Part shown: positions 1 to 7,443 of the stretch, in pieces
Layout of the letters: every line of letters begins with the position of its first letter
How positions within the stretch are numbered: position 1 is the stretch's first letter
The notes under the pieces: model-generated
What the model was told of the DNA's origin: nothing
Seen by the model: the letters and a program-made list of their open reading frames with translations, nothing else
Databases searched by the model: none
Assembly: GCA_965243075.1 (NCBI GenBank)
Contig: OZ251525.1
Coordinates: 2,144,348 to 2,208,347, forward strand
From: Tepidiformaceae bacterium
Lineage (GTDB): Bacteria > Chloroflexota > Dehalococcoidia > Tepidiformales > Tepidiformaceae
Length of the DNA: 64,000 bases
Direction of reading: 5' to 3'
Position numbers and translations under genes: made by a program

Positions 1-212
1 GCCTCGATGGCCGCGCCGTCGATGCCGAGCCGTTCGCGCAAGTAGCCCGCCAGCGCCGGAGCGCCGCCCGTGATCGCCTCCCGCAGTTCGCGCTGCCGCC
101 GTCCGATTTCCTCACGCTCCCCGCGCTCCCGCTTCTCCAGATTCTTGACGGCGAGCGACTGCTGCCACGCGCTGAAGGGCGCGCCCGCCCGCTGCAGCAG
201 CGCCTCATTCAT
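1..212 (-). CDS. hypothetical protein, N-terminal part only (gene runs off the left edge); fourth gene of the PP-loop/GHKL operon
   Basis: Hand translation of the minus strand from ATG 212..210 gives MNEALLQRAGAPFSAWQQSLAVKNLEKRERGEREEIGRRQRELREAITGG... The ATG overlaps the TGA (207..205) of the upstream gene (ATGAATGA). It is absent from the ORF track because it is open-ended. Confidence 0.45.
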   Translation of the reverse strand, partial: MNEALLQRAGAPFSAWQQSLAVKNLEKRERGEREEIGRRQRELREAITGGAPALAGYLRERLGIDGAAIE

Positions 213-999
213 CGTCGAACTCCGGCTCCAGCTCGGGGAGCGGGAAGAGTGGTTCGATGGCGGTGGCCGCGCGCGCCGGATCGTAGCCGTCGTCGTCCCA
301 AGCGCGGACGCCCGCCTCCACGAGCCGCCCGCGAATTTCCTCCGCGAGCGCGCGATGCTCCTCCGCATCATCGCCAAAGACCGTCGGGAACAGGGCGCAG
401 ACGCCGATGAGGCCGGCCACCTGCATGCTGCGGTCGCGTTCGACGGAGGGGAAGACATCGGGCGCGAGAAAGACGGTGAAGCGAATCTGGCCGCTGCCCT
501 GATCGGAGGCGACCCGCATACCGCCCTCGGGGAGCGCGCGGTCTTCGCGGAAGGACAGGATCGTCTCCCCCAGCGTCTTGACGGGGTAGGGCTGGCCACG
601 CGCCAGCCACCAGCCCCCGGGCATGTCGAGTGGAGCGCGTCCGCTCCAGAGGTCGTTCAGTCCGTCGGTTTCGAGCCGCACGTCGCGCATCGCCAGCAGC
701 CCCGGGATGAGGTAGACCTGCCCGTCGACCTCGTGCGGCTCCCAGCGCACCTCCATGCGGGGCTCGGCGCTCGTGTTGATGCGGGCCAACAGCGTCTTGG
801 GGCAGCGCAGCTCGATCGCCCAGCGGGCGGCGCCTTCCGCGAGCAGCCGCTCCAGCGCGGGGGCGCGCTCGATGCGGTGCTCGACGCGCGCGAGGCCGTC
901 GCGCAGGCGCACCTCGGGCCGGTAGGCGGCGTCGGGCCAGTCCAGCCGCGAGCCGTCCTCCACCAGCACCGGCAGCGCGTCCTCAGTCATCGTCGCCAT
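205..999 (-). CDS. hypothetical protein (third gene of PP-loop/GHKL operon), no recognisable domain
   Basis: ORF 205..1086(-) trimmed to the in-frame ATG at 999 (alternative 990), just downstream of the GHKL gene stop (985..983). Amino-acid composition is ordinary, unlike antisense ORF 70..1071(+). Confidence 0.6.
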   Translation of the reverse strand: MATMTEDALPVLVEDGSRLDWPDAAYRPEVRLRDGLARVEHRIERAPALERLLAEGAARWAIELRCPKTLLARINTSAEPRMEVRWEPHEVDGQVYLIPGLLAMRDVRLETDGLNDLWSGRAPLDMPGGWWLARGQPYPVKTLGETILSFREDRALPEGGMRVASDQGSGQIRFTVFLAPDVFPSVERDRSMQVAGLIGVCALFPTVFGDDAEEHRALAEEIRGRLVEAGVRAWDDDGYDPARAATAIEPLFPLPELEPEFDDE

Positions 1000-2917
1000 C
1001 CTTCCGCCGATTGCGGCGTCGCGCATCGATCTCCACGGCGTTGGGGTCGGCGATGGGATGCGCGAGCCTGATGGCCAGCACGCCATCGGCGGGCGGCACG
1101 AGCAGTTCGAAGGCGGCCTCCCCGCTCGCGGGAACCGTCCCCGACGGATGCGCGATCTCCTTCAGGCGCAGCCAGCGCGGGCCGAGCGGCTGCTCGCAGG
1201 TGGCATCCGAGCCGGAGGGCACGCGCACGCGCACGCCAACCATCTCCGGAAGCCCCTCGCCCTCGGGCATGCGCCAGACGACGCGCAGGGTGTCGAACTC
1301 GCCACGCCGGTTGCGTTCCGGCCGCACCGACGCCTTCACGCGGAACACCGTCCCCGCACTCGGCGAGGGGCCGCCGGTTCCGCCCCGCCGACGCGCTTTC
1401 CCCTCGTCCCGCTCGGGATGGTCCGCATCGGGGTCCGACTCCACCCTGGTTCCCGGCTCCTCGCCTTCGGGGCCCGGCGGGGGAGGCGGGGGCGGGGGCG
1501 GTTTGGGTTTCGCCTTGCGCAGCCCCACGACGAAGAAGTCGTCCGGTGTGAAGACGTTGCCGCGCTCGCGCTCGCCCGCAGCCTCGCGCAGCTGGTCGCC
1601 GATGACGCCCAGCAGCTCGCGCAGGCGCTTCCACCGGGAATCGCCCCCCCCCCCCTTGACAATAATGCGTTCACGATCCAGGCCGAGGTGCTCCGGGCCT
1701 TCGGCGTCGCGCACGAGCTCGTACAGTTCGCCCCGCTCGACCAGCACGACCGCGTCGAAGGGCCGGGAACCGCCAAAGTCGTTCACGCGCAGATGGGGCG
1801 CTTCGTTCGTGATCCACATGCCGTCGCGGTAGAGCTGGACGCGCGAGTCGTAGCCTTCGTTCTCCGTGCGCGGGCGGATGCGGATCGTGACGCCCTCGAC
1901 GCCGCTCGCGGACAGCTCGCGCCCGCTGTCGAAGCACTGCCAGGCGCGCCAGACCTGCTGGCCGGGGACGAGCGCGCCCCCACGACGGACACGCTGATCC
2001 CTGATGGAAACATGGCCCAGGATTCCCTCCAGCGCGCCACGGTCCACGACCGATTCCTCGCCGTCAGCGTCGCGCACGCGCACGACCATGCCATCCAGCG
2101 CGATGGCGGCCAGGAAGTGGGTGGCGGCCACGCGCCGGAGCGACCTGACAGCCTTCGCGGGATCGTCGCGGAAGTCGTTGAAGCCGGCGATGCAGACGAC
2201 GCTACCGGTGTCTTCGATGCGCGCCATCTCGTCCGCCAGCAGGGGCGGCGCGCGATCGGGGTACTTGTCGCCCCGCGCGAAGAGGCTCTGCTGTCCGGGG
2301 CGCAGCAGGTAGCCGTTGCCGTCGATACCCGTGTCGGGGGAATCGGGGGAACGGTGGGAGGCGAGCACGGCGTGACCGCTGGCGGCATCGTGCGGCGCTC
2401 CATTCGCGCGCGAACGGCCAGCGTAGAGCACGTAGCGCAGGTCGGAAGCGGCGAAGGCGGTGAGGTGGCCGACGCCGGTCGTGCCGCCGCCCGTCGACTT
2501 GTCCGTGTTGCCTTCGGTGAGCACGCGGTCAAGGCCCCCGGCGTCAAGGCCGACGCCGTTGTCGCGACAGAAGAGGAGGCGCACGCGCCCGCGTTCGAGC
2601 ACGCCGTTGATGCCCTCGATGGCGCGTTTCTCGCCCGCCCCGGGCGCGGAAGCGCGTTCGTCGCACACCGCCGTGAAGGCCTTCCGATAGGCGTCGATGC
2701 CGGGCAGGTCGGCCAGCGGGCGCTCGTCGATGGTGAAGCAGACCTCGGCGCGCTCGCGTTCGGCCTCGCGCGCGGCGTCGAGGCAATTCTGCAGGAGCTC
2801 GCGCACGATGGGCTCGGGCTTGCCGTCCCATTTGGACATGGCCAGCGAGGAGAAGCCCTGCGGCGATCCCGTTGCGGGGAAGATGAGGTCGGCGTCCATC
2901 TCAGTCCGTGCAGTCAC
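983..2917 (-). CDS. GHKL (Bergerat-fold, Hsp90/MutL/MORC-like) ATPase with a long uncharacterised C-terminal region
   Basis: N-terminal motifs are ELLQNCLDA (N box), CRDNGVGLD (G1) and GGTTGVGHLTAF (G2). There is a KPKPPPPPPPPPGP linker. The start is GTG 2917 (17-nt overlap with the upstream gene) or ATG 2899 (2 nt after the upstream stop). Confidence 0.75.
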   Translation of the reverse strand: MTARTEMDADLIFPATGSPQGFSSLAMSKWDGKPEPIVRELLQNCLDAAREAERERAEVCFTIDERPLADLPGIDAYRKAFTAVCDERASAPGAGEKRAIEGINGVLERGRVRLLFCRDNGVGLDAGGLDRVLTEGNTDKSTGGGTTGVGHLTAFAASDLRYVLYAGRSRANGAPHDAASGHAVLASHRSPDSPDTGIDGNGYLLRPGQQSLFARGDKYPDRAPPLLADEMARIEDTGSVVCIAGFNDFRDDPAKAVRSLRRVAATHFLAAIALDGMVVRVRDADGEESVVDRGALEGILGHVSIRDQRVRRGGALVPGQQVWRAWQCFDSGRELSASGVEGVTIRIRPRTENEGYDSRVQLYRDGMWITNEAPHLRVNDFGGSRPFDAVVLVERGELYELVRDAEGPEHLGLDRERIIVKGGGGDSRWKRLRELLGVIGDQLREAAGERERGNVFTPDDFFVVGLRKAKPKPPPPPPPPPGPEGEEPGTRVESDPDADHPERDEGKARRRGGTGGPSPSAGTVFRVKASVRPERNRRGEFDTLRVVWRMPEGEGLPEMVGVRVRVPSGSDATCEQPLGPRWLRLKEIAHPSGTVPASGEAAFELLVPPADGVLAIRLAHPIADPNAVEIDARRRNRRKDGDDD

Positions 2918-4151
2918 AGGATATCTCGCCGGTGGCGTAGCGGTTGCGCCCGGGGACGTCGCCCGTGGCGATGCGGTCGAAGCTGGGGCCGCTCAGGCCG
3001 AGGAAGCCGAAGCCGCCGCCGCTCACCGATTCGCGGCTGTAGCGGCGCTCCATGACGGCCCACCATTCGGCGTCGGAGGGAGCGCCGGGCACGCGCGCGG
3101 GGTCGGGCCGCGCGGCCAGCCGCGTGAGCGCGTTCGTGCCCTTCATGAAGCAGAACACGCAGTTGCCCGCGTTCTCGGGGATGTCGAGGTCGAAGTCGCG
3201 TTCGCGCCAGAAGGTCTCGACGGCGGCCTTGTCGAAGCCCCACTCCTCAAGGGGGAAGTAGGGGCGCTCGCCGGGGGGCTGGGTGCGGATGGAGCAGGCG
3301 CGCCCGCCCGCGCCCTCGGCGAGGAAGGAGCGCATGGCGATGCGGTCGATGCGCCTCGGCTCGTCGGCGCGCAGGCCGAGCAGGGCCACATAGCCGGCGG
3401 CGTCCGGTCCCCACAGGGGCGCGGGGCCGGGCGGGCCCGGCGGGCGCGGCGGCGGGGGCGCGTCGGTGTAGTCGCGCCAGCGCTGCGCTGCGCGGGAGGG
3501 AGGCCGCGCGGTCATGGCGGCGGCGCGGCGCAGGTAGGCGCCTTCCTCCTGGACGCCGCCGCGACGACGGTGAGCCTCCAGCGCCTGCTCCGGCCCGACG
3601 AAGGAGCGGTCCGCGTGGTGGCCGGCGTGACGCGGCCCCTCGCCCGTGCCGAACCATTCGGCGAGCAGGTCGTGGGCGGGGTAGAGCTTGAGCTTGGCGG
3701 TGCAGCTGCGCGTGTGGGGGTTGGGCAGCATCCCGTTCCAGGAGAGCATCTCCTCAAAGGCCTCGCCGCGGGAGCGGTAGCCGAGCGGGTCGTCCTCGAC
3801 GGGGTCGGCGCGCACCAGCCGGTAGGAGGCCTGGCGCACGTACATGCCACGCGAGGCGTCCTCGACGGTGCAGAACTCGTACCAGAGGACGGGCAGGCCG
3901 AAGTCGCGTTCGAGGCGGCGCTTGCATTCGCGGGCGAAGGCGTAGGTGCCGGGGTGTTCGGCGGTGGTGTTGGCGAAGAGGACGACGTCGCCGCGTTCGG
4001 GGCGCAGCAGGCCGGCTTCGGCGAGCAGGAAGGTCATGGCCGCCGAGGAGCGTCCGCCGGAGAACCTGACGACACGGGGAAGGGCCTCGTGCTCCCGATC
4101 ACGCCAGGCGATGCGCTTCATGCGCCGGTTCGGCCCGATGGGAGCGCGCAT
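2901..4151 (-). CDS. PP-loop ATP pyrophosphatase, PAPS-reductase/DndC/IbrA-like adenine-nucleotide alpha-hydrolase
   Basis: VRFSGGRSS is a variant of the SGGxDS PP-loop. RSCTAKLKL and GNCVFCFMKG motifs are typical of PAPS-reductase-family proteins. There is an internal Pro-rich insert, PPPPRPPGPPGPAP. This is the first gene of the operon. Confidence 0.75.
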   Translation of the reverse strand: MRAPIGPNRRMKRIAWRDREHEALPRVVRFSGGRSSAAMTFLLAEAGLLRPERGDVVLFANTTAEHPGTYAFARECKRRLERDFGLPVLWYEFCTVEDASRGMYVRQASYRLVRADPVEDDPLGYRSRGEAFEEMLSWNGMLPNPHTRSCTAKLKLYPAHDLLAEWFGTGEGPRHAGHHADRSFVGPEQALEAHRRRGGVQEEGAYLRRAAAMTARPPSRAAQRWRDYTDAPPPPRPPGPPGPAPLWGPDAAGYVALLGLRADEPRRIDRIAMRSFLAEGAGGRACSIRTQPPGERPYFPLEEWGFDKAAVETFWRERDFDLDIPENAGNCVFCFMKGTNALTRLAARPDPARVPGAPSDAEWWAVMERRYSRESVSGGGFGFLGLSGPSFDRIATGDVPGRNRYATGEISCDCTD

Positions 4152-4162
4152 CTCGCCGACCC

Positions 4163-4168
4163 AGTATA
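4163..4168 (-). promoter_or_regulatory. putative -10 box TATACT for the PP-loop/GHKL operon (near-leaderless)
   Basis: An AT-rich hexamer in a GC-rich intergenic region, with 11 nt between it and ATG 4151. Confidence 0.4.
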
Positions 4169-4210
4169 GGCGTCGGGCGCGCGTCGCGCCATTCGGGGCG
4201 CGGCATGGCC

Positions 4211-4216
4211 TATCAT
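4211..4216 (+). promoter_or_regulatory. putative -10 box TATCAT for Panacea-toxin pair 1
   Basis: TATCAT is followed by GGAGG 7 nt before ATG 4241. The same architecture is repeated at 5248 (CATACT) and 58277 (TATCAT) in front of the other Panacea genes. Confidence 0.4.
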
Positions 4217-4240
4217 GGACGCACGCCCGGAGGTTCCGCC

Positions 4241-4795
4241 ATGCGCTTCGTGTTCGACGAACGCCGCGCCGCCCAAGCCGCCGCGCGCCTGCTCGACCGG
4301 CACGGCGGCACGATGCCCTGGCTCAAGCTCGTCAAGCTGCTCTACCTCGCCGACCGCGTGGCCCTCGTCGAGGGCGGCCGTCCGATCACGGGCGACCGCT
4401 TCGTCTGCGTGCGCCACGGCCCCGCCCTCGCCCGCGTGCTCGACCTGATCAAGGACGACTGCCCCGCCGGGGACTCCGTCTGGCACGGCTACGTCGCGCG
4501 CAAGCGCTTCGACGCCTGCCTCGTCGGCGACACCGAATCGGAACGATTGTCGGACTTCGACCGCGACGTGCTCGACGGCATTTCCGAAACCCATGGCTGC
4601 CTGAAGGAATGGGACGTGGTCGCCCGTACGCACGCCTTGCCGGAATGGAAGGATCCCGGCGATACCATCATTCCCATCGAACCCGAGGACGTCCTGCGCT
4701 ATTCCGGCTACTCGGACGAGGAAGTCGAGTCGGTCGTGGATGACATCGGCGCCTTTTACTCGCTCCACCTCCTGCTGACCACGCCAGCCAAGTGA
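4241..4795 (+). CDS. Panacea (DUF4065, SocA-like) domain antitoxin-type protein, copy 1
   Basis: MRFVFDERRAAQAAARLL...WLKLVKLLYLADRVALVEGGRPITGDRFVCVRHGPAL matches the DUF4065/Panacea pattern (KLLYxaD...G.pitG..f....GPv). A GGAGG SD is present. The stop overlaps the next gene start (GTGA at 4792..4795). Confidence 0.8.
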   Translation: MRFVFDERRAAQAAARLLDRHGGTMPWLKLVKLLYLADRVALVEGGRPITGDRFVCVRHGPALARVLDLIKDDCPAGDSVWHGYVARKRFDACLVGDTESERLSDFDRDVLDGISETHGCLKEWDVVARTHALPEWKDPGDTIIPIEPEDVLRYSGYSDEEVESVVDDIGAFYSLHLLLTTPAK

Positions 4796-5226
4796 CGGAC
4801 CAACGCGACTTCCGCATCAGCCCGGGCGATACGTTCTTCAACCTGCTGGACCCGATCCTGAACCTGCCGAAGCCGCACCTCTGGATCGTGCTCAACGATC
4901 CCGCCGGGAGCGGGCGGGCGGCGCTGGCGAACATCACAACGCATAGCGTGGAAACCCGCCACCGGTGCAGCGCACAGTGCCTGATCGTGCGCCACGGCGA
5001 GCACCCCTTCGTGGAAGAAGGGCATGATTCGTGCGTGCGCTACGCGGAATTCCTCTATCCGCTGGCGACGATCACGCGCGCGGCGGAGCATCCCCATACC
5101 GAGCGTCGCGAGCCGCTCAACCCCGAACTGCTTGCCCGCATCCAGCTCGGCATCTTCGATGCGCCTCTCGCGCCCGACGACGTGAAGGACGCGGTACGCG
5201 CGACGCTCGGCCAAGGCGCGCCGTAG
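4792..5226 (+). CDS. putative toxin partner of Panacea antitoxin (family not recognised), copy 1
   Basis: Translationally coupled (GTGA) downstream of the Panacea gene. Ordinary composition. It is a paralog of 5859..6251, sharing HLWI, GEHP and the ELLARIQLGI...GQGAP C-terminus. Confidence 0.6.
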   Translation: MTDQRDFRISPGDTFFNLLDPILNLPKPHLWIVLNDPAGSGRAALANITTHSVETRHRCSAQCLIVRHGEHPFVEEGHDSCVRYAEFLYPLATITRAAEHPHTERREPLNPELLARIQLGIFDAPLAPDDVKDAVRATLGQGAP

Positions 5227-5278
5227 CGCTCCGGCGCGCGCTTGCGCCATACTGGACGCACGCACCGGAGGTTCCGCC

Positions 5279-5878
5279 ATGCGCTTCGTGTTCGACGAAC
5301 GCCGCGCCGCCCAAGCCGCCGCGCGCCTGCTCGACCGGCACGGCGGCACGATGCCCTGGCTCAAGCTCGTCAAGCTGCTCTACCTCGCCGACCGCGCGGC
5401 CCTCGTCGAGGGCGGCTGGCCGATTACGGGCGACCGCTTCGTCTGCGTGCGCCACGGCCCCGCCCTCGGCCGCGTGCTCGAGCTGATCAAGGACGACTGC
5501 CCCGCCGGGGACTCCATCTGGCACGGCTACGTCGCGCGCAAGCGCTTCGACGCCTGCCACGCTGGCAACACCGACGACGGGTGGCTGTCGGAGCACAACA
5601 GGGGCATTCTCGACGGCGTTTTCGAGACCTACGGCTGCCTGAAGGAATGGGACGTGGTCGCCCGTACGCACGCCTTGCCGGAATGGCAAGACCCCGGCGA
5701 TACCATCATTCCCATCGAACCCGAGGATGTCCTGCGCTATGCCGGCTACTCCGAGGAGGCCATTGGATACGTCGCGGAGCAGGCCGAAGCGTCCTACAGT
5801 CTGCACACGACGCTGGAGCGCATTGGCAGGGAGAGGAGGCAGAAGCTTGAGCACGCCCATGTCGCTGCGGCCCGGTGA
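5279..5878 (+). CDS. Panacea (DUF4065) domain antitoxin-type protein, copy 2
   Basis: Near-identical N-terminal ~165 aa to copy 1, with a different C-terminal tail (…SYSLHTTLERIGRERRQKLEHAHVAAAR). Confidence 0.8.
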   Translation: MRFVFDERRAAQAAARLLDRHGGTMPWLKLVKLLYLADRAALVEGGWPITGDRFVCVRHGPALGRVLELIKDDCPAGDSIWHGYVARKRFDACHAGNTDDGWLSEHNRGILDGVFETYGCLKEWDVVARTHALPEWQDPGDTIIPIEPEDVLRYAGYSEEAIGYVAEQAEASYSLHTTLERIGRERRQKLEHAHVAAAR

Positions 5879-6251
5879 TACCTTCTGGGGCATCGACAGA
5901 CAGCACCACCTCTGGATCGCGCTGACCGTTCCCACACCGGATGGCAGCGTTACCGTGGCCAATTTCACGAGCCACCATCCTTCCCGGAAGGCATCCTGCG
6001 GCGAGCACTGCACGGTCGTGAACCCCGGGGAACATCCCTATCCCAAACGTCCCTCCTGCATCTTCCATGAAGGCATTCGGGTCGAAACCCAGCAGGACAT
6101 CCTGGGAGGCATTGAGCGTCCGTTCCGGAGAGGCGATCCCCTCTCCCCCGAGCTGCTGGCCCGCATCCAGCTCGGCATCATCGACTCCCCCGATACGCCC
6201 CCGGCCATCAAGAACGCCATCCGCGCGGCGCTCGGTCAGGGCGCGCCGTAG
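5859..6251 (+). CDS. putative toxin partner of Panacea antitoxin, copy 2
   Basis: ORF 5727..6251 trimmed to ATG 5859 (MSLRPGDTFWG...), overlapping the Panacea 3' end by 20 nt. Homologous to 4792..5226. Confidence 0.6.
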   Translation: MSLRPGDTFWGIDRQHHLWIALTVPTPDGSVTVANFTSHHPSRKASCGEHCTVVNPGEHPYPKRPSCIFHEGIRVETQQDILGGIERPFRRGDPLSPELLARIQLGIIDSPDTPPAIKNAIRAALGQGAP

Positions 6252-6296
6252 CGCTCCAAGCACCAGCGCGCGGGGGATGCGGGCATGGCCGCCATC

Positions 6297-7367
6297 CTAC
6301 GGCAGCAGGCGCTCGACCACGTCGAGGGCGGCGGCGACGTCGGCGCGCGTGAAGTGGCCCAGGTGGCCCACGCGGAAGATGCGCCCGCGCAGGGACTGCT
6401 GCCCGCCGCCGAGGATGACGCCGTGCTCGTCGCGCGCGCGTTTGGCGATGGCCGCGCCGTCCACGCCCTCCGGCCAGCGCACCGCCGTCACCGTGTCGGA
6501 GGCGAAGCGCTCGTCGCGCGGGAACAGCTCGAGACCCATGCCGCGCACGCGCTCGCGCGTGTAGCGGGCGACCCCGGCGTGGCGCGCATGAACGCCCTCG
6601 AGGCCCTCGGCCAGCAGCGCCCGGAAGGCCGCGTCGAGGCCGTAGAAGATGGAGATCGCGGGCGTCCAGGGCGTCTGGCCGCTGGCGAGCGAAGCGCGGG
6701 CGCGCGCGGCGTCGAGGTAGAAGCGCGGCATGGACGCCTGCGCGTTGGCCGCCCAGGCGCGCTCGCCCAGCCACAGGAAGGCGAGGCCGGGCGGCACCAT
6801 CCAGCCCTTCTGCGAGCCGCTCACGAGCACGTCGACGCCCCAGCGCTCCGCCGGGCAGGGGATGGAGCCGACGCTGCTGACGCCGTCCACGATGAGGAGC
6901 GGGCCGCGTTCGCGCACGACCGCCGCGATGGCCTCCAGCGGGTTGGTCACGCCCGTGGAGGTCTCGTTGTGCGTGACCAGCACGGCCTTCACGGCGGGGT
7001 CCGCGTCGAGGCGGCGGGCGAGCTCGTCGGGGTCGGCGGCGTCCCCCCATTCCACCTCGTAGCGCGCCACCTCCGCGCCGTGAGCCTCGGCGATGGCGGC
7101 GAGGCGCTCGCCGAAGACGCCGATGGTGACGGCCAGCACGCGGTCGCCCGGGCTGAGCGTGTTCACGATGGCGGCCTCGAGCCCGCCCGTGCCCGAGGCG
7201 GTGAGCGTGAGCACGTCGCCGGAGACGCCGAAGACATGGTTGAGGCCGTCCGTGACGCGCCGCACGATGGCGGCGAATTCGGGGCCGCGATGGTTCATCA
7301 TGGGAGCGCCGACGGCCTCGAGCACGTCGTCGGGGCAGGGGGTGGGGCCGGGGATGCGCAGGTTCAT
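6297..7367 (-). CDS. class V aminotransferase (serine-glyoxylate / alanine-glyoxylate aminotransferase-like)
   Basis: ORF 6297..7754 trimmed to MNLRIPGPTPCPDDVLEA... Motifs TASGTGGLEAAI, NETSTGV and SGSQKGWMVPPGL (PLP Lys) are present. Confidence 0.85.
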   Translation of the reverse strand: MNLRIPGPTPCPDDVLEAVGAPMMNHRGPEFAAIVRRVTDGLNHVFGVSGDVLTLTASGTGGLEAAIVNTLSPGDRVLAVTIGVFGERLAAIAEAHGAEVARYEVEWGDAADPDELARRLDADPAVKAVLVTHNETSTGVTNPLEAIAAVVRERGPLLIVDGVSSVGSIPCPAERWGVDVLVSGSQKGWMVPPGLAFLWLGERAWAANAQASMPRFYLDAARARASLASGQTPWTPAISIFYGLDAAFRALLAEGLEGVHARHAGVARYTRERVRGMGLELFPRDERFASDTVTAVRWPEGVDGAAIAKRARDEHGVILGGGQQSLRGRIFRVGHLGHFTRADVAAALDVVERLLP

Positions 7368-7443
7368 GGCTCTTCCCGCCAGCGGTGGTGCGCCGATTCT
7401 CGCGCAGACGGCGGCTACGGGCATGATCGGGCATGATGGGCGC

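Larger units (their letters stand above)
4205..6251 (+). repeat. tandem segmental duplication: two Panacea-toxin units (about 4.21-5.23 kb and 5.25-6.25 kb)
   Basis: By-eye alignment shows the promoter/SD and most of the first ~490 nt of the two Panacea genes are near-identical. The last ~40 codons of the two toxins and the sequence GGCGCGCCGTAGCGCTCC are also conserved. The region between is diverged. Confidence 0.8.

Noticed and set aside
4792-5226. Assignment of the Panacea-linked toxin candidates to the MazF/PemK family
   Set aside because: There is only a loose 'PGDxF...hydrophobic strand...N(I/F)T(T/S)H' resemblance, which is not enough without a profile search.
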